Shown: positions 36,899 through 48,592 of the stretch, piece by piece | Numbering within the stretch: the stretch's first letter is position 1 | Layout of the letters: the number at the start of each line of letters is the position of its first letter | Virus record (IMG/VR): IMGVR_UViG_3300014806_000004 | Length of the DNA: 64,000 nucleotides | Strand: one strand, 5' to 3' | Source: a virus | Made by a program: the position numbers and the translations under genes | The notes under the pieces: model-generated | The model's input: only the letters and a program-made list of their open reading frames with translations | What the model was told of the DNA's origin: nothing | The model's database searches: none

Positions 36899-38341
36899 TT
36901 AATATGCGTATTTAGACAATATATTATTGTTTAATGTAGCAGAAATTATTATTTTACTTATAACTTCATTAACTATATTACTACGAGTTAAAGCGTCTAA
37001 TACATTTGGACCAGTATTTCCATACCACTTATTACCAGTAGAATTTTCTCCCCCAATAGAAACTATTTCATGACCGCTATTGCGAACTATGTCATCACAA
37101 ATATTATTTATAATACGCTAAATAGAAAAAACTTTACCATTAACAATAAGTAACTGACCAAGATGTCCTTTAGAAGAAGCTAGACCGCCAGAAGAAACCC
37201 ATTCATTAAAAAATGAGGCGGCTACCGATGCACGAATATTATTAAAAGATTCTTCAAAATCTGATCCAGTGAATCTATGAGCAATCATATTATAAGCAAG
37301 ATATTTTTCTGGCTAACCAGAAAAATAATCCCCTACATTCATATTTGAAAAAACCTAAATTCTATTTGCAGATTTCTTTTTATTCTACCACTTTGCATTA
37401 ACATTAGCACTAATTTCTATATTAAATACTTGATTACCCTTAGTTACTGACAAATTAAAAACATCATTATTAAAAACTTTAACAGCACCTCTACTTCCAT
37501 TGTCAGAAGTAGTATTCTATCCTCTATCAACCCACTTTAATTTTCCACCAGACTACTTAATAGCAGTATCTAATATACTATCCGCAGTATTAATTCCAAT
37601 AGATATACCTTCTGCGACTATAGCTTGACTAATCTAATTTCCAATAACTTTTCTAAAAATATATGATATTGTATTAGCAAAAGATCTAGAGTTTACACTT
37701 CCACCTTCATTTAATCTTGAAACCGCTCTACTCAACGAATCTATTACTTCTTTCGCTACATTGATATCCCCATCTTCAATGGACATAACATAGTGCTACT
37801 AAGAATTATCTATCTAAAAACTAGTACCAATTAGCGATCTTCCTATCTAGGTTAAAGCATCAAGAACACTGACATTTATCATATTGGCTTTCATAAGAGC
37901 CTATATCAATAATCTAAAAAAATCATTAACTCTTTTTATATCAGGTGCCCCATTAGCCAACAAATTATTAAAATTGCCAGCCTATTGTAATATAGTATTA
38001 TAATTCTCAAAATTTACCTATCCACCGGCTAATTCAATTCCTTCATTGATACCTGCCGCGATCTAATCAAGAGTAGAATCCAATAAGGTACCAATCTATA
38101 AATCACTCAAAACTCTTAACCCACTCGCGGCAACTGGACCTTTAGACCGCATCTATTCTTGAATTGATACAATCTAAGTCTCAATTCCCGCAGTCTTCAT
38201 TTTACTCATTGCCTCTTGATACTATCCACTAAAGAGAATATTTGCGGATTCTACATCTCCATATTCTCTTAAATGACTACTATGATAAACAATATAATTT
38301 AAAGACCAACGCTATACATAATCATAAATATTAACATCCAT
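36899..38341 (-). CDS. Hypothetical structural protein (480 aa)
   Basis: RBS AAGGAGATATAGGAG then ATG 38341. The frame was verified against TAA 36899. About 25 in-frame TAGs. Confidence 0.35.
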
Positions 38342-38400
38342 ACTCCTATATCTCCTTATAAAAAGAAAAAGGGAGGACTTTATTAAGTCCTCCCTTAAAA

Positions 38401-39792
38401 TTAAATGGTGTCATCGCTAACAGAGACTAACTTATTGCGCATTTTTGCGCCAGAATAAGTGCTTGTGCTTTCTGCAAAACTGAGCTTATTATTAATAGTA
38501 TAACTCTTCTCAAAGTCTCCGTTAATCTTAGTAATCTTAGCTGTAATAGGAGTTGTATTACTCTCCTTAGTAAGAATTACTAATAGGCCATCTGCCAATT
38601 CTGCGCCATCTACGGTTTGAGTCTTTGTATTGCCCTCAATACTGTCATCAGTAGAGAAGTATTTCTCATATGCTGGGTTAGTTGTTACTACAGTATACTT
38701 GGTACTATCGCTCTCTACTGGAATTTGGAGGCTAATTTGTGCGGCTTCTGGAATTGTATCTCCATAAGCCTCAGTATCATAAGCCTTTCCTGTTACAATA
38801 CCAGTTACATCAAGTTCCGCCTCTGTGGCACTGTTAGAAACAAAATTTACAGTTACATCAGCAGCTTCACTCTCATAAGTACCAACATTCTCAGAGCATG
38901 GCTCACGAGAGCCTTCGGTTTCCCCAGTTTCATCAGTAATTACCTGAATAGCGGCAAGAACTTTATGAGTTTGATCAAACTTAGTGTAGTCTGGGAAAGC
39001 GTCCATTGTGAATGTAAAGGTAGATGGATCACCGTTAGCAGCCATGCTGAATGTGAAGTTACTCTGAACCTTACAGTTAGGAATAATAAATTCAGCAGGC
39101 ATATCTACGCCATCGCTCTCACGGCGGAATAGAGTAGAAGCTTCAAGATAATAGTTTCCACCAAACTTATCAGCGGTAATCTCAATCATCTGGGCGCCAC
39201 CAGTGCGCTTTACATAATAGTCAACTAAAACGATAGTACCAGATGGGAGCACTCCCGCATGAGAATAACAAGTTAAAGTTGATTTTCCGTCCTCTGTATA
39301 AGAAACAGAAACAGGAATGCATGGTTCAGCATTAACTTGACCATCATCTCCTAATACCATTACAAAAATGTCAGCAGAACGATGATACATTTCATTTTCA
39401 TGATCTGCAAATCCATTCCAGCAAGCTTTATCAGGAATTACGATAGTGTTAGCTGTTTCAACTTCTACCTGAGAAGTTTGATGAACGTAAATTGGAGCTT
39501 CTTTTGTTGCATCAAGCAGACCTGCACCAGAAAGAATAGAGAAGCTCTCTGGAGAAAGTAAAGCATCTTCCATTGTAAATGTTAGAGTACGCTCACCTTC
39601 CCAAGCAATCAATCTAGTATATCCACGTCCGCCCTGTGCGTATACAGTTGTTGCAGCACCTTCAAGAGTAGAGGTTCTTAAAGTGTCAAAGTACAAAACT
39701 GGTTCATTTTTATAGAACTTACGATTACCTAAAGTCTGATAGCTTTTGGCACGAAGTACTACATCGCAAATCTCACGAATACCAAAACGCAT
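38401..39792 (-). CDS. Major tail (tube) protein candidate with a C-terminal Ig-like extension
   Basis: 463-aa TAG-free ORF with RBS AAGGAGGAAT. It sits between the neck genes and the chaperone/TMP. The N-terminal MRFGIREICDVVL resembles siphovirus major tail proteins, and the C-terminal Thr-rich beta region looks Ig-like. Confidence 0.5.
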   Translation of the reverse strand: MRFGIREICDVVLRAKSYQTLGNRKFYKNEPVLYFDTLRTSTLEGAATTVYAQGGRGYTRLIAWEGERTLTFTMEDALLSPESFSILSGAGLLDATKEAPIYVHQTSQVEVETANTIVIPDKACWNGFADHENEMYHRSADIFVMVLGDDGQVNAEPCIPVSVSYTEDGKSTLTCYSHAGVLPSGTIVLVDYYVKRTGGAQMIEITADKFGGNYYLEASTLFRRESDGVDMPAEFIIPNCKVQSNFTFSMAANGDPSTFTFTMDAFPDYTKFDQTHKVLAAIQVITDETGETEGSREPCSENVGTYESEAADVTVNFVSNSATEAELDVTGIVTGKAYDTEAYGDTIPEAAQISLQIPVESDSTKYTVVTTNPAYEKYFSTDDSIEGNTKTQTVDGAELADGLLVILTKESNTTPITAKITKINGDFEKSYTINNKLSFAESTSTYSGAKMRNKLVSVSDDTI

Positions 39793-39806
39793 GAGCTAAT
39801 TCCTCC

Positions 39807-40532
39807 TTAATTTTTAGGATGTATATCTCGCATCCATGATTCAACTGGTTTATCTGGTTTGCCGCCCGCAAGACGAACCCGCAAGTCAACATCCCATTCA
39901 ATAAACGCATTATATCTTTCCATCAAATCAAATATCTAAAACATATTTAGATTTAAGCAATCCTCTAAACTCATTGTATTAGATCCGATTGTCAAGATAG
40001 ATATATAGCGTGTTAGAACACTCTCATTATTTCCTTTGCTTTTGATTTCTGCTACTTTTCGTCTACCGCGCATTAACTTTTCAGCAATTTCTTTAGCTCG
40101 GTCATTAGCTGGATTATAGATAACATTATTTCCCTAAAATAGACTGTTTACACACAAAATCTCTTTTAGTACGCTTTGAAAAATATCAAAGTTATTATCA
40201 TCTATTAACAAAGGCTAATTTTCTCCTTGCTTAGTTAAAATTATTGAATTTCTAGTTATTACTGGTATATAACCAGGAAATAATAATGTAAGTAGCATAA
40301 TAACAGCATTTTTTTTATCTTTATCCTGTGACTATTCTAACACCTTCATCAATACTTGAAAATTAGTTAATGATGATAAAAGAGTTTCGTCCTATATTAA
40401 TGATTCTTTATCTAAACATAAATATTGAACTGCCATAAAAAATTTTGTCTCTCCCATAAGAGCTATCTCTTTAATGACGGGAACGTGAATAGTAAGTTGT
40501 AATTCAGGAATGGGAATATCAATCCCGGCCAT
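39807..40532 (-). CDS. Hypothetical neck/tail-completion protein
   Basis: 241 aa with a verified frame and 6 in-frame TAGs. Its stop overlaps the RBS of the major tail protein gene. Confidence 0.35.
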
Positions 40533-40548
40533 TAAAGCTAGTCTATAA

Positions 40549-41085
40549 TCAAGCAAGCGGATTTACCTTATCTTCATTTCCGCGAATAGCAAGATATGTT
40601 AGAGACAAACCAGCAAATTCTTCATCATATATATATGGCGTAGCTGATACAAATTCTAGCTCTCCTATACCCGTTAAATGAGTTCCATCAAGCATTGAAT
40701 CTATCTCTCCCGCGATTCGATAAGGCCGTAAATCATAATCTCCCAAATCCCAATTATCATAATGACAAATAATATCAATACCAAATGTATTATCTCTATA
40801 TTCAGGATTTGTAGAATTTCTAACCATAGTGCCATAGATCAATCTTAAATAAGATTTTTCTGGTCTATCAACCTTTATCTTAGGAACAGCAGAAATCTAC
40901 TTAGTATCAATCATTTCCTTTATCATATCTCCTGTAACGGTCGGTTTACTTTTCCAATCTCTAGTATTATAAGTTAATAATTTCAAAACATTCTAATTAG
41001 AAAGTATTCTTTCCATAATCAGAGAAGCATCTTTCTACATACCTAACAAACTAGATTTAGGATACTCATAAGTATTTTTTTTCAT
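40549..41085 (-). CDS. Hypothetical neck protein
   Basis: ATG 41085. The ORF fragment 40549..40842 is extended 5' through 3 TAGs. TGA stop. Confidence 0.35.
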
Positions 41086-41100
41086 TTCAATTCACTCTCC

Positions 41101-42075
41101 TTAAAATAAAGATTCTACTACAATAACTTTTTCCAGTACAGTATTATCCTTCTTCCATACTAGAGTGAATTGACCATGAGTAGTTTTATTCCACACCAAC
41201 TAAACAGATTTATTTCCATTTGGACATAAAGTTACAGGAACATTCTTTTCCAATATTGACCAAGCTCCATTAGCTTCTTCTACAGAATAAGATTCTTCTA
41301 TCATTGGTTTAATAAAAGTCTCTCCCATAATCCCGCTATTTGGAGTAGGATCTTCTGGTTCGAATATTAAACCATCTTTCATACTATTTTCTATATCATC
41401 AGTATCTCTATTTATATAATCTTCTTCTGCACTCACTTCAATTACATTCTTCATACTTATATCATCTGGAGCCTAAACTTTCCAACATCTTCCAGCGAAC
41501 AAAAATTCACTATATCTATCAAAAGCATGAATAGTTTTTTCATTTCTTGGCATAAGTATGTTTAAGCTAAGATTAGGTTTATCCAATCTTTCTTGATTCT
41601 TCTAAATAGACTCGATTTGGGTTTCAACTGGACCTCGAATCGCAGCCCAAGTCTAACACCAATTCCCTTCCTAATCTTTAAACTTAATTCTATATCTACA
41701 ACGTCTTATTTCCCCTCTAAAATAAGCGTCCTCAGTTATTTCTTCAAGATAAATTATCCAATGAGTGCCAGTTTTTTTCCACTCAAAGACATCTCCAGGC
41801 GCATATTGATTAATATGATCTATGGAGATTATCTTATCATCATAGTCCTGTTTCACTTTATCTGGATTAATAAGCGCACGACACATAGGATAAATATTCA
41901 TATCTGGATCAACAGCATCTAACGTTGCATCTAAAACCTAGGTTGACTTCTAGACTAATTGAACAGTACAGGCTTGATAAGAATATAATAATGCTTTCTA
42001 AAGAGTTCTCCATTTATCTTTGATCATTCTATCTTCCTAGTGAATACCACCCTACCATTCAAATCTTTTTCGCAT
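41101..42075 (-). CDS. Hypothetical head-tail joining module protein (324 aa)
   Basis: It joins the ORF fragments 41671..41901 and 41200..41454 in the same frame. About 10 in-frame TAGs. Confidence 0.35.
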
Positions 42076-42079
42076 TAAT

Positions 42080-42388
42080 TCAAGATTCGTCATCTCTAAT
42101 CACCTACGCCAACAAATCAATACATCTAAAGACTGTTTTTCGATAAATCATAAAATCATTACAGACATTTGAAGATAACCCTTCCAGTTTAGACAATAAA
42201 ATAAGTCCCTCAACTCTATCTTTATACATTTTAACTAATCCACTAATTTCTTCTGTTATTACATTCAAATGATTTACCCAGTCTTCATTATTCTCTCTCA
42301 TTGGAATTAACTTCCATAACTAATTAATCAATCTCTTTAAATCCTACTCTTTTGTTTCTAATGGGAAATTAATATCATATTTATCCAT
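42080..42388 (-). CDS. Hypothetical protein
   Basis: ATG overlaps the connector stop (ATGGATAAATATG). 102 aa with 3 TAGs, ending at TGA. Confidence 0.3.
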
Positions 42389-42923
42389 CAAAAACACTCA
42401 TCTCTCTTAATGTTGACCAGTTTGATTTATAAGAGCCTTGATTATCAATTAGTTTTCTTCTTTTATAGAGACGCTGCATATGATGACTTTGACGTTCTGC
42501 TTCCTTTTTCAACTCTATTAATTTGGCTAAATGATTGGCCTAGGAAGTCATTTTAAAATCTGTTCCAGAATATTTCATTCTCGTCTATTCTATTGAAGCC
42601 ACCTGGCGTTGTAACCAAGTATTATACATTAGAATAGCAAGAATATTTATTTCTTCTGTCGTTAAATGTGCAGAAAAGGCTGGAATAATAGTTGCTATTC
42701 CAGTCTCTTCATCATTATTTTCTATATTGGTAAAACTGTATAATGGAAAACGAGGGAACTCAAAACCAGGAAGTGCATCCATTAGGATGTTATACAAATC
42801 TTTTTCAGTATCTTCCTATGTCCATTCCATATACATATCATCAGTAATCTTACCAAAAAATCTATCATAAATTTCTTCAAAGGGGGTCGGATCGCCCTAA
42901 ATTGGATATTTCTTATTATCCAT
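42381..42923 (-). CDS. Head-tail connector (gp6-like) candidate
   Basis: 180 aa that includes the ORF fragment 42585..42797. The C-terminal region reads ...EAERQSHHMQRLYKRRKLIDN. Four in-frame TAGs. Confidence 0.4.
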
Positions 42924-42942
42924 GGCTATAACCTCCCTTATA

Positions 42943-43476
42943 TCAATCAGAAATAGCTACTCTGCGTTTTGGAGCATCCTCACTTGTAGTTGACACTCTT
43001 CTTACAGGTTTCTCTTCCTTAGGATTCTTTTTATCATCTGCTGTTAATTCTAATGCTTTAGTAACATTAAATCCTAATTGTTTTTCCAAAGCATCTCTTT
43101 TAGACATATCATTTAAGGGAAGAGAAATAGCATGGGATTTAATCAGATCTTTGGTGCCTTCTGGAGCAAAATCAAGAGCATCCTTAAATTCATCTAAAGA
43201 ACACGTATTCATCCAAGAATCAATCTCTTCTTCTTTCATCCAATACTCTGGTTCAACCCTACCATTAATAAGATATTCAACAATCTCTCTATCATCCACA
43301 AGCAAGTAATTATAAATTAATTTGCGGCCTCCAGGTGTTTGTACTAGCTTTTCTAGTTCAGATACTTCAAGTTCCTTGTGTTCTCCAGGGTAAAACATAC
43401 GGCGCACGCCCAATTCAGGCAATCTATATACAACACGACCTGCGCTCTTATTATAAACAGTGCAACTATTTTTCAT
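42943..43476 (-). CDS. Hypothetical head protein (TAG-free)
   Basis: Intact 177-aa ORF ending at TGA, with an RBS upstream. Confidence 0.4.
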   Translation of the reverse strand: MKNSCTVYNKSAGRVVYRLPELGVRRMFYPGEHKELEVSELEKLVQTPGGRKLIYNYLLVDDREIVEYLINGRVEPEYWMKEEEIDSWMNTCSLDEFKDALDFAPEGTKDLIKSHAISLPLNDMSKRDALEKQLGFNVTKALELTADDKKNPKEEKPVRRVSTTSEDAPKRRVAISD

Positions 43477-43540
43477 AATTTTTATCTCCTTTTTCTCAAT
43501 AAATAAAAGGGGATAGGGATATTTCCCTATCCCCTGTCAA

Positions 43541-44593
43541 TTAACCATTATTTGGATTTGGGTTAGTATTATCAAGCTCGCCTTGAAGTTCAGTATCAAC
43601 ATAAGAAAAGATGTTATTCGCCATCATTACACCGACACCAACCTTACGGTAAACCTGAATATCACGAGACCAGTCGTCATTATCATCGCGTTCGCGCACG
43701 TGGGTAGTACCTTCAAAAGCAACTTTTACAGGACGGCTCTCAGCTCCACCAGGAATAATCCAAGCATAACCTGGATCAATCATCTTTTTGGAGTTAGTCT
43801 CATCCTCAAGAGTTTGAGGTAGAATTACCACTCTAGTTCCCTTGTAATTTGCAAGATAACCAGTTCCCCAATACTGATCTCTCATATTGTCAGAAATCCA
43901 AGCATCATTGTCTGGAATCATTTTTACTGCAAACTCACGAGTGCAATAAATAGTTGGTTGACCATAAGCAGTAGCAGTATTTACAAGATAATCCATAGTT
44001 GGTTCGTCAAAACCAGCAACAGCACAACGGTTTGCTGCGGGAAGCTGATTGATAGAACCCATAAGAGCTTGAGCAATCTCTCTATAAATAAGCTCTTGCA
44101 TACCCTCTGTTACAATTTGAGTAAGTTCTGCAAAGTTTACTCTTCCATCAAGGAACTCCTCAAATCCGATACGAGCAGCTCCACCAATGGCGCTTGTTCC
44201 AACTTCGAAGCTCTCAGAACCAAGCTTAAAGGTCTCATACACACCAGCAAGCCCCACACGAGTAATGAATTGCTTAGCGCGAGTAAGTCCAGTTCTACGA
44301 GTAAATACAGGCTTGTCGCCTTGTGCGAAAGTTCTAATCTCAGCAAAATTGCCATAAGAATTGAGTAAACGATTAGGAACAACTTCATCCATAGTCTGCT
44401 CAATTAAAGAGAATAGAGTATTTTTATTTTCTCTATAAAGTTCATCTGTGCCAACAAATTCATTTAGCTCATTACGCAAAGTAGTATTTAAAGCGTCATA
44501 GCTAAAAGACTCTCCTTGATAGCTATAGGTACCAGAAGGATTTGCATTAGCGACAGTTTTCATTAAACTAAGTAAATTAGCTTTATCTAACAT
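43541..44593 (-). CDS. Major capsid protein candidate
   Basis: Intact 350-aa TAG-free ORF with RBS GGAGTGAAGAAG. It lies directly downstream of the scaffold-like gene. Its composition and size fit an HK97-fold capsid protein. No family-level match was made by eye. Confidence 0.5.
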   Translation of the reverse strand: MLDKANLLSLMKTVANANPSGTYSYQGESFSYDALNTTLRNELNEFVGTDELYRENKNTLFSLIEQTMDEVVPNRLLNSYGNFAEIRTFAQGDKPVFTRRTGLTRAKQFITRVGLAGVYETFKLGSESFEVGTSAIGGAARIGFEEFLDGRVNFAELTQIVTEGMQELIYREIAQALMGSINQLPAANRCAVAGFDEPTMDYLVNTATAYGQPTIYCTREFAVKMIPDNDAWISDNMRDQYWGTGYLANYKGTRVVILPQTLEDETNSKKMIDPGYAWIIPGGAESRPVKVAFEGTTHVRERDDNDDWSRDIQVYRKVGVGVMMANNIFSYVDTELQGELDNTNPNPNNG

Positions 44594-44612
44594 TCTTCTT
44601 CACTCCTTCCAA

Positions 44613-45302
44613 TTAACCTACACGCTGTACTTTTACACCAGGTTGAAGATCTGGCATAGTATACACTTTTACTACTGCAAAGATAGGATCTAAATCTCCA
44701 CCTTTAGCAGAAGTTTCAGTATCTTTAGTTAAATATCCATCAGTATCAATCTTTAGACGATCGCCTACTGCAAGCTCTCCGGCATTAGCTTTAATGGTAT
44801 TAGTAGTCCAAATATCACCAATACTAATCTTAATTACGCGAGGTACCATTTTAGTTCCTTCTGGCATCAATGCAGGATAAGTAAATGTCTCCATATTTTT
44901 CTTATATGCTACATCACTACCTTCGCGTACAGCTTCTCCGGTATAATCACTTATTGTAGCAAGTGTAGAAACTGTTTGTCCAATTGGACTATATACACGA
45001 GCATTATAATTATCCTTAATCATAGCAAAATCAGCATCAGTTTCGCGATCTCTATAAATCTTTACTTCATTAAATACCATCATCCAGGCGCCAGAAGTAG
45101 CTTCCGTACTAAAATCGCATACGCCTTTTGCATAATCATACTTTACAAATTGACCGTTCTCAAGAATCTCAATAGCGCTAGCTGCGGGAAGCTGAGCATA
45201 TACTTGACCATTTCTTGGAGCGGAAAGATGGTTTGGCTCCACTTGACCATATCCATACTGGACAAAAGTGGCATTACCTAATCTTTTAGAACTCTTAGCC
45301 AT
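44613..45302 (-). CDS. Capsid-associated protein (second capsid or decoration protein?)
   Basis: Intact 229-aa TAG-free ORF with RBS AAGGAGGAT. It lies between the scaffold and capsid-protein candidates. Confidence 0.4.
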   Translation of the reverse strand: MAKSSKRLGNATFVQYGYGQVEPNHLSAPRNGQVYAQLPAASAIEILENGQFVKYDYAKGVCDFSTEATSGAWMMVFNEVKIYRDRETDADFAMIKDNYNARVYSPIGQTVSTLATISDYTGEAVREGSDVAYKKNMETFTYPALMPEGTKMVPRVIKISIGDIWTTNTIKANAGELAVGDRLKIDTDGYLTKDTETSAKGGDLDPIFAVVKVYTMPDLQPGVKVQRVG

Positions 45303-45315
45303 TCTTTAATCCTCC

Positions 45316-46545
45316 TTAAATACTGCTTTTAGCAGTTTCACGAATTGCTTTTACCCAATCAGGAACGTTGTCAGTTTCTGGATTATTTAAATTAAAAAGT
45401 CCCTTTGGGGTATTATCTTCTTCTTTATGCTTTTCTTCAAGATTGAAATTTACTTTATTTCTAACACAAAGAATAGATAATTTAGCTTCAATATCATCTA
45501 AAGAATAAGTATCAATATGCTCAGCGACATCTTTCTTATCCTCATCACTTAACATATAGAAACTATCAATCATTTGTTGTTTACTTTGACGTTCAGCATT
45601 AAGTTTAAATTCTCTTAGTGCTGTAACTTCATTATCTAGATTAGTTTTTTCTTGCTCAAGAGCAGAATATTTAGTCTCTAAATCGGTAAACTTTGTAAGT
45701 AACTCTGTATATTCTGTTACTTCTTCAAGATTATACTTCTTACCTTGAGGAGTATCCTTTTTCTTTTCTTTTTCTCCCTCTGGGGCTGGAGCAGGATTTT
45801 CAGAAGTCTTTTTCTTCTTATCCTCTTCGGGATTTGGAGTATTTTTCTCGAAATCAGTAGGTACTTTCTTCTCATTCTCCATAGGTTCTTGAGAGCCTCC
45901 TTTATTTAAAGTTTCTTTTAATTGATCCATCATAGAATACATCATAGTTTTAAGTTTCTAAAACTCTTGATTATTCTCTAAAGAAAATTGAGAACTAAAT
46001 TGAGCTCCCTCGAAACAAGGCTCAACATTTTCTCCGAGAACACATAATTTCTCAATCAATGCCTCATTGTAGATAAAGATTCTTTCATTTGTTTTATCAT
46101 CTTTTGTCCAAAATCCTGATTGATTTTCTTCATTCAATTCCATAGAATGGTTATTGCCATTCTCCAGGATTCTTTTAGATTCTGGATAAACGCTAGTCCA
46201 AATGTATACATCTGTCACAAGATATTCTCTTTCTACGCCTTCATCATTGAACTTCTAAAACCATACATTTGCATTTGTAGGAACAAATCCATATGGTCTT
46301 GTGGTATCAACAATAGCAAACTTACCATCTCGAACAATAATTTCTCTGTTGTGGCCTTCAAAATCATTTATTTCATGATTAAAATATCCAACAATAGGAC
46401 TTCCTGGTAGTTTACGTCCCATTTCCGCGGCCACTTCTTTGGTAATTACAGTATGGTTGCGGTTAGGTTGCTACCCAACATAGCAAACTTTGCAGACACC
46501 TTTACTAACTAGAGGAGAAATCTAAGTGTTCTAAATATATTCCAT
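45316..46545 (-). CDS. Scaffolding protein candidate: N-terminal globular domain plus acidic coiled-coil C-terminus
   Basis: ATG 46545 is in frame with the ORF fragments 45958..46218 and 45316..45945. Six in-frame TAGs. The C-terminal 200 aa are charged and helical (KEKKKDTPQGKKYNLEEVTEYTELLTKFTDLETKYSALEQEK...). Confidence 0.5.
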
Positions 46546-46589
46546 CGTATTTAAAATGGGAACACTAATATGCAAGTTCAATCCCTCCT

Positions 46590-48215
46590 TTATGACGAAC
46601 TTTCTTGATTAGCTATTGTCTTATCTGACTTTTCGCCATCTTCTTTTTTGGGCCTGCCGGCTCCATTAGTATTAGTTGAACTTGTCTACTTATTCTAAGA
46701 ATTAGTTTTAGATGACTAATTATTATTACCCAAATCTTTTCCGCTTCTGGTATTAGAACTCATAGGTGGAATCATAATTTCTGCCAAATTCAATACTTCG
46801 TTCTCAAATGTTAATGTAGCTAATATGCTCGATTGAGAGTGACCTAAAGCAATCTGTGGCAACATCTTAGAATAACCCAGTTGAGCGTGCTCTTTATATA
46901 ATTTAGATAACTCTTTATAATTAAACTAGGTAGTTTCTAACATTTCCGCTCTAAACTCATAATGATTTTTGCGATTAAATTTCTCTACTACTCGATTTAA
47001 TAAATCTGTAAACATAAGAGGAATATCTCTTACGCTAGATTCATCTGTCAAAATAGAATTTGTAACTGCAATATTGCCATCTGCATTAAACAAATTATGA
47101 GTTACACCTGAGTTATTATAAACTGTACGTTCAACTTTTTCTAAATCGTCTGTCGTTGTATTAGAATTATTATCTTTTGTATCAATTTTTTCAATATCTG
47201 CAAAAGTTGTTAATACATCTACACCAATAGCTCGTTTTAACATAGTTACAGCATTATTATGAATATCCCTTGCTTCATCAACATCAAAAATCAAATCTCC
47301 ATTTTTATCAAGAGGCAACTTCTAAATAATAATTTTTAATAATTGTTGCATTGTCTTTTGACGATCTAATTCTTGCGCTTGATCCAAATCAATAATAGAA
47401 GGAATAACCCCAGATAGAAAAGGAAATTCATTATCATTTAGACTAAACTTTACAGAAATACTAGGATCTAGTGGATACCATACAGTAGTATCACCTGGAT
47501 AATCCCCTTTTAATTTTCCCTGTTTATAAAGAATATATGCCTTTTGAATATCCTGTGGAAAAATCTTTAATATCTAGATTTTATATTGCGGATTGGCAAA
47601 ATAAGTGTCAAAAAACTAAAGATTTAATTCTACTATTGGATTAGGGCCCTAGAAATATCTACTTCTGCAATATGAAGCTGGTAATTTCTAAATTGCAAAT
47701 CTATCTCCAAAATCAACAATTACACCATAATAAGCTCCTTCTTTAATAATATCTAATGATATATTTCCAAGCATTCTCTTCACACTAGATTTATCAAGGT
47801 AAAGCAAGACCTTTGAAAAATCTTTTAATAACTTATCTTTATCTTTCTACGCATCTACTGTGTATGGAGTAATATACCAATCAAATCTATATAAGAAGGC
47901 TAAATATTTACATAATCTATAATAAATACCGCTACTTTCATAAAAGTAATTAGAAATCTCTCTTAAAGTCTTGTAATCATGTTTATAAATAGCATTTAAT
48001 ACAAACTTTTTATCTCCATAATTTCTATTTATCTTTTTATATGTACCTAGATTAATAAGCGCATCATCCACAGACCGTAATCCAACTCGCATTTTTGCAT
48101 AATCAACAGTATCATAATTCAAAAAATCTTCTTCCTATTGATAACGAGTAATAATACCTCGATCTAATAGATCAAAACCTTTAGCTCTTATTTCTTCCTA
48201 TCGACGTTTTAACAA
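46590..48215 (-). CDS. Portal protein
   Basis: TTG start after GGAGGTG. 541 aa including the ORF fragments 47847..48122 and 46926..47318. The size, the position after terL and the acidic C-terminus fit a portal. About 16 in-frame TAGs. Confidence 0.75.
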
Positions 48216-48232
48216 AATATCACCTCCAGGTG

Positions 48233-48589
48233 TTAATATCCAGCTTTACTCATTAAATAATCATAAGAGATGATATTTTCCTCCGTATAGGGAACTTCAA
48301 TGAGGGTAATACCTTTTAATGCACAAAATCTACGCTTTTGATTATCATTATATTTCTATTGGTATAATCCTCTATTTCCACCAAATTTACTAACAGCCTA
48401 ATAATGCTATTTACCCTGATACTCAATTAAAAAATCAAGATTTCCATCATCATCAAAAACAGCAAAATCAAAACGAAGTGGCCTGCCACTTGGTGCTTTC
48501 AGCCCAGGAAACTCATACTCTTCTTTAAAGTTCATGCCATTTTGCTCTAATATCTCATGAATTTTAATTTCTCCACGACTAGCCTTCAT
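48233..48589 (-). CDS. Small PD-(D/E)xK endonuclease-like protein (DUF559/Vsr-like); candidate homing endonuclease
   Basis: It reads LRFDFAVFDDDGNLDFLIEYQGK-TAG-HY...DNQKRRFCALKGITLIEVPY. It is inserted between terL and the portal gene. Three in-frame TAGs. Confidence 0.45.
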
Positions 48590-48592
48590 ATC

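Noticed and set aside
43541-44593. Assigning the 350-aa ORF to a specific capsid family (P22-like or HK97-like).
   Set aside because: I could not recognise a family signature by eye. It is called a capsid candidate only from its size, position, expression-type codon usage and neighbouring scaffold gene.
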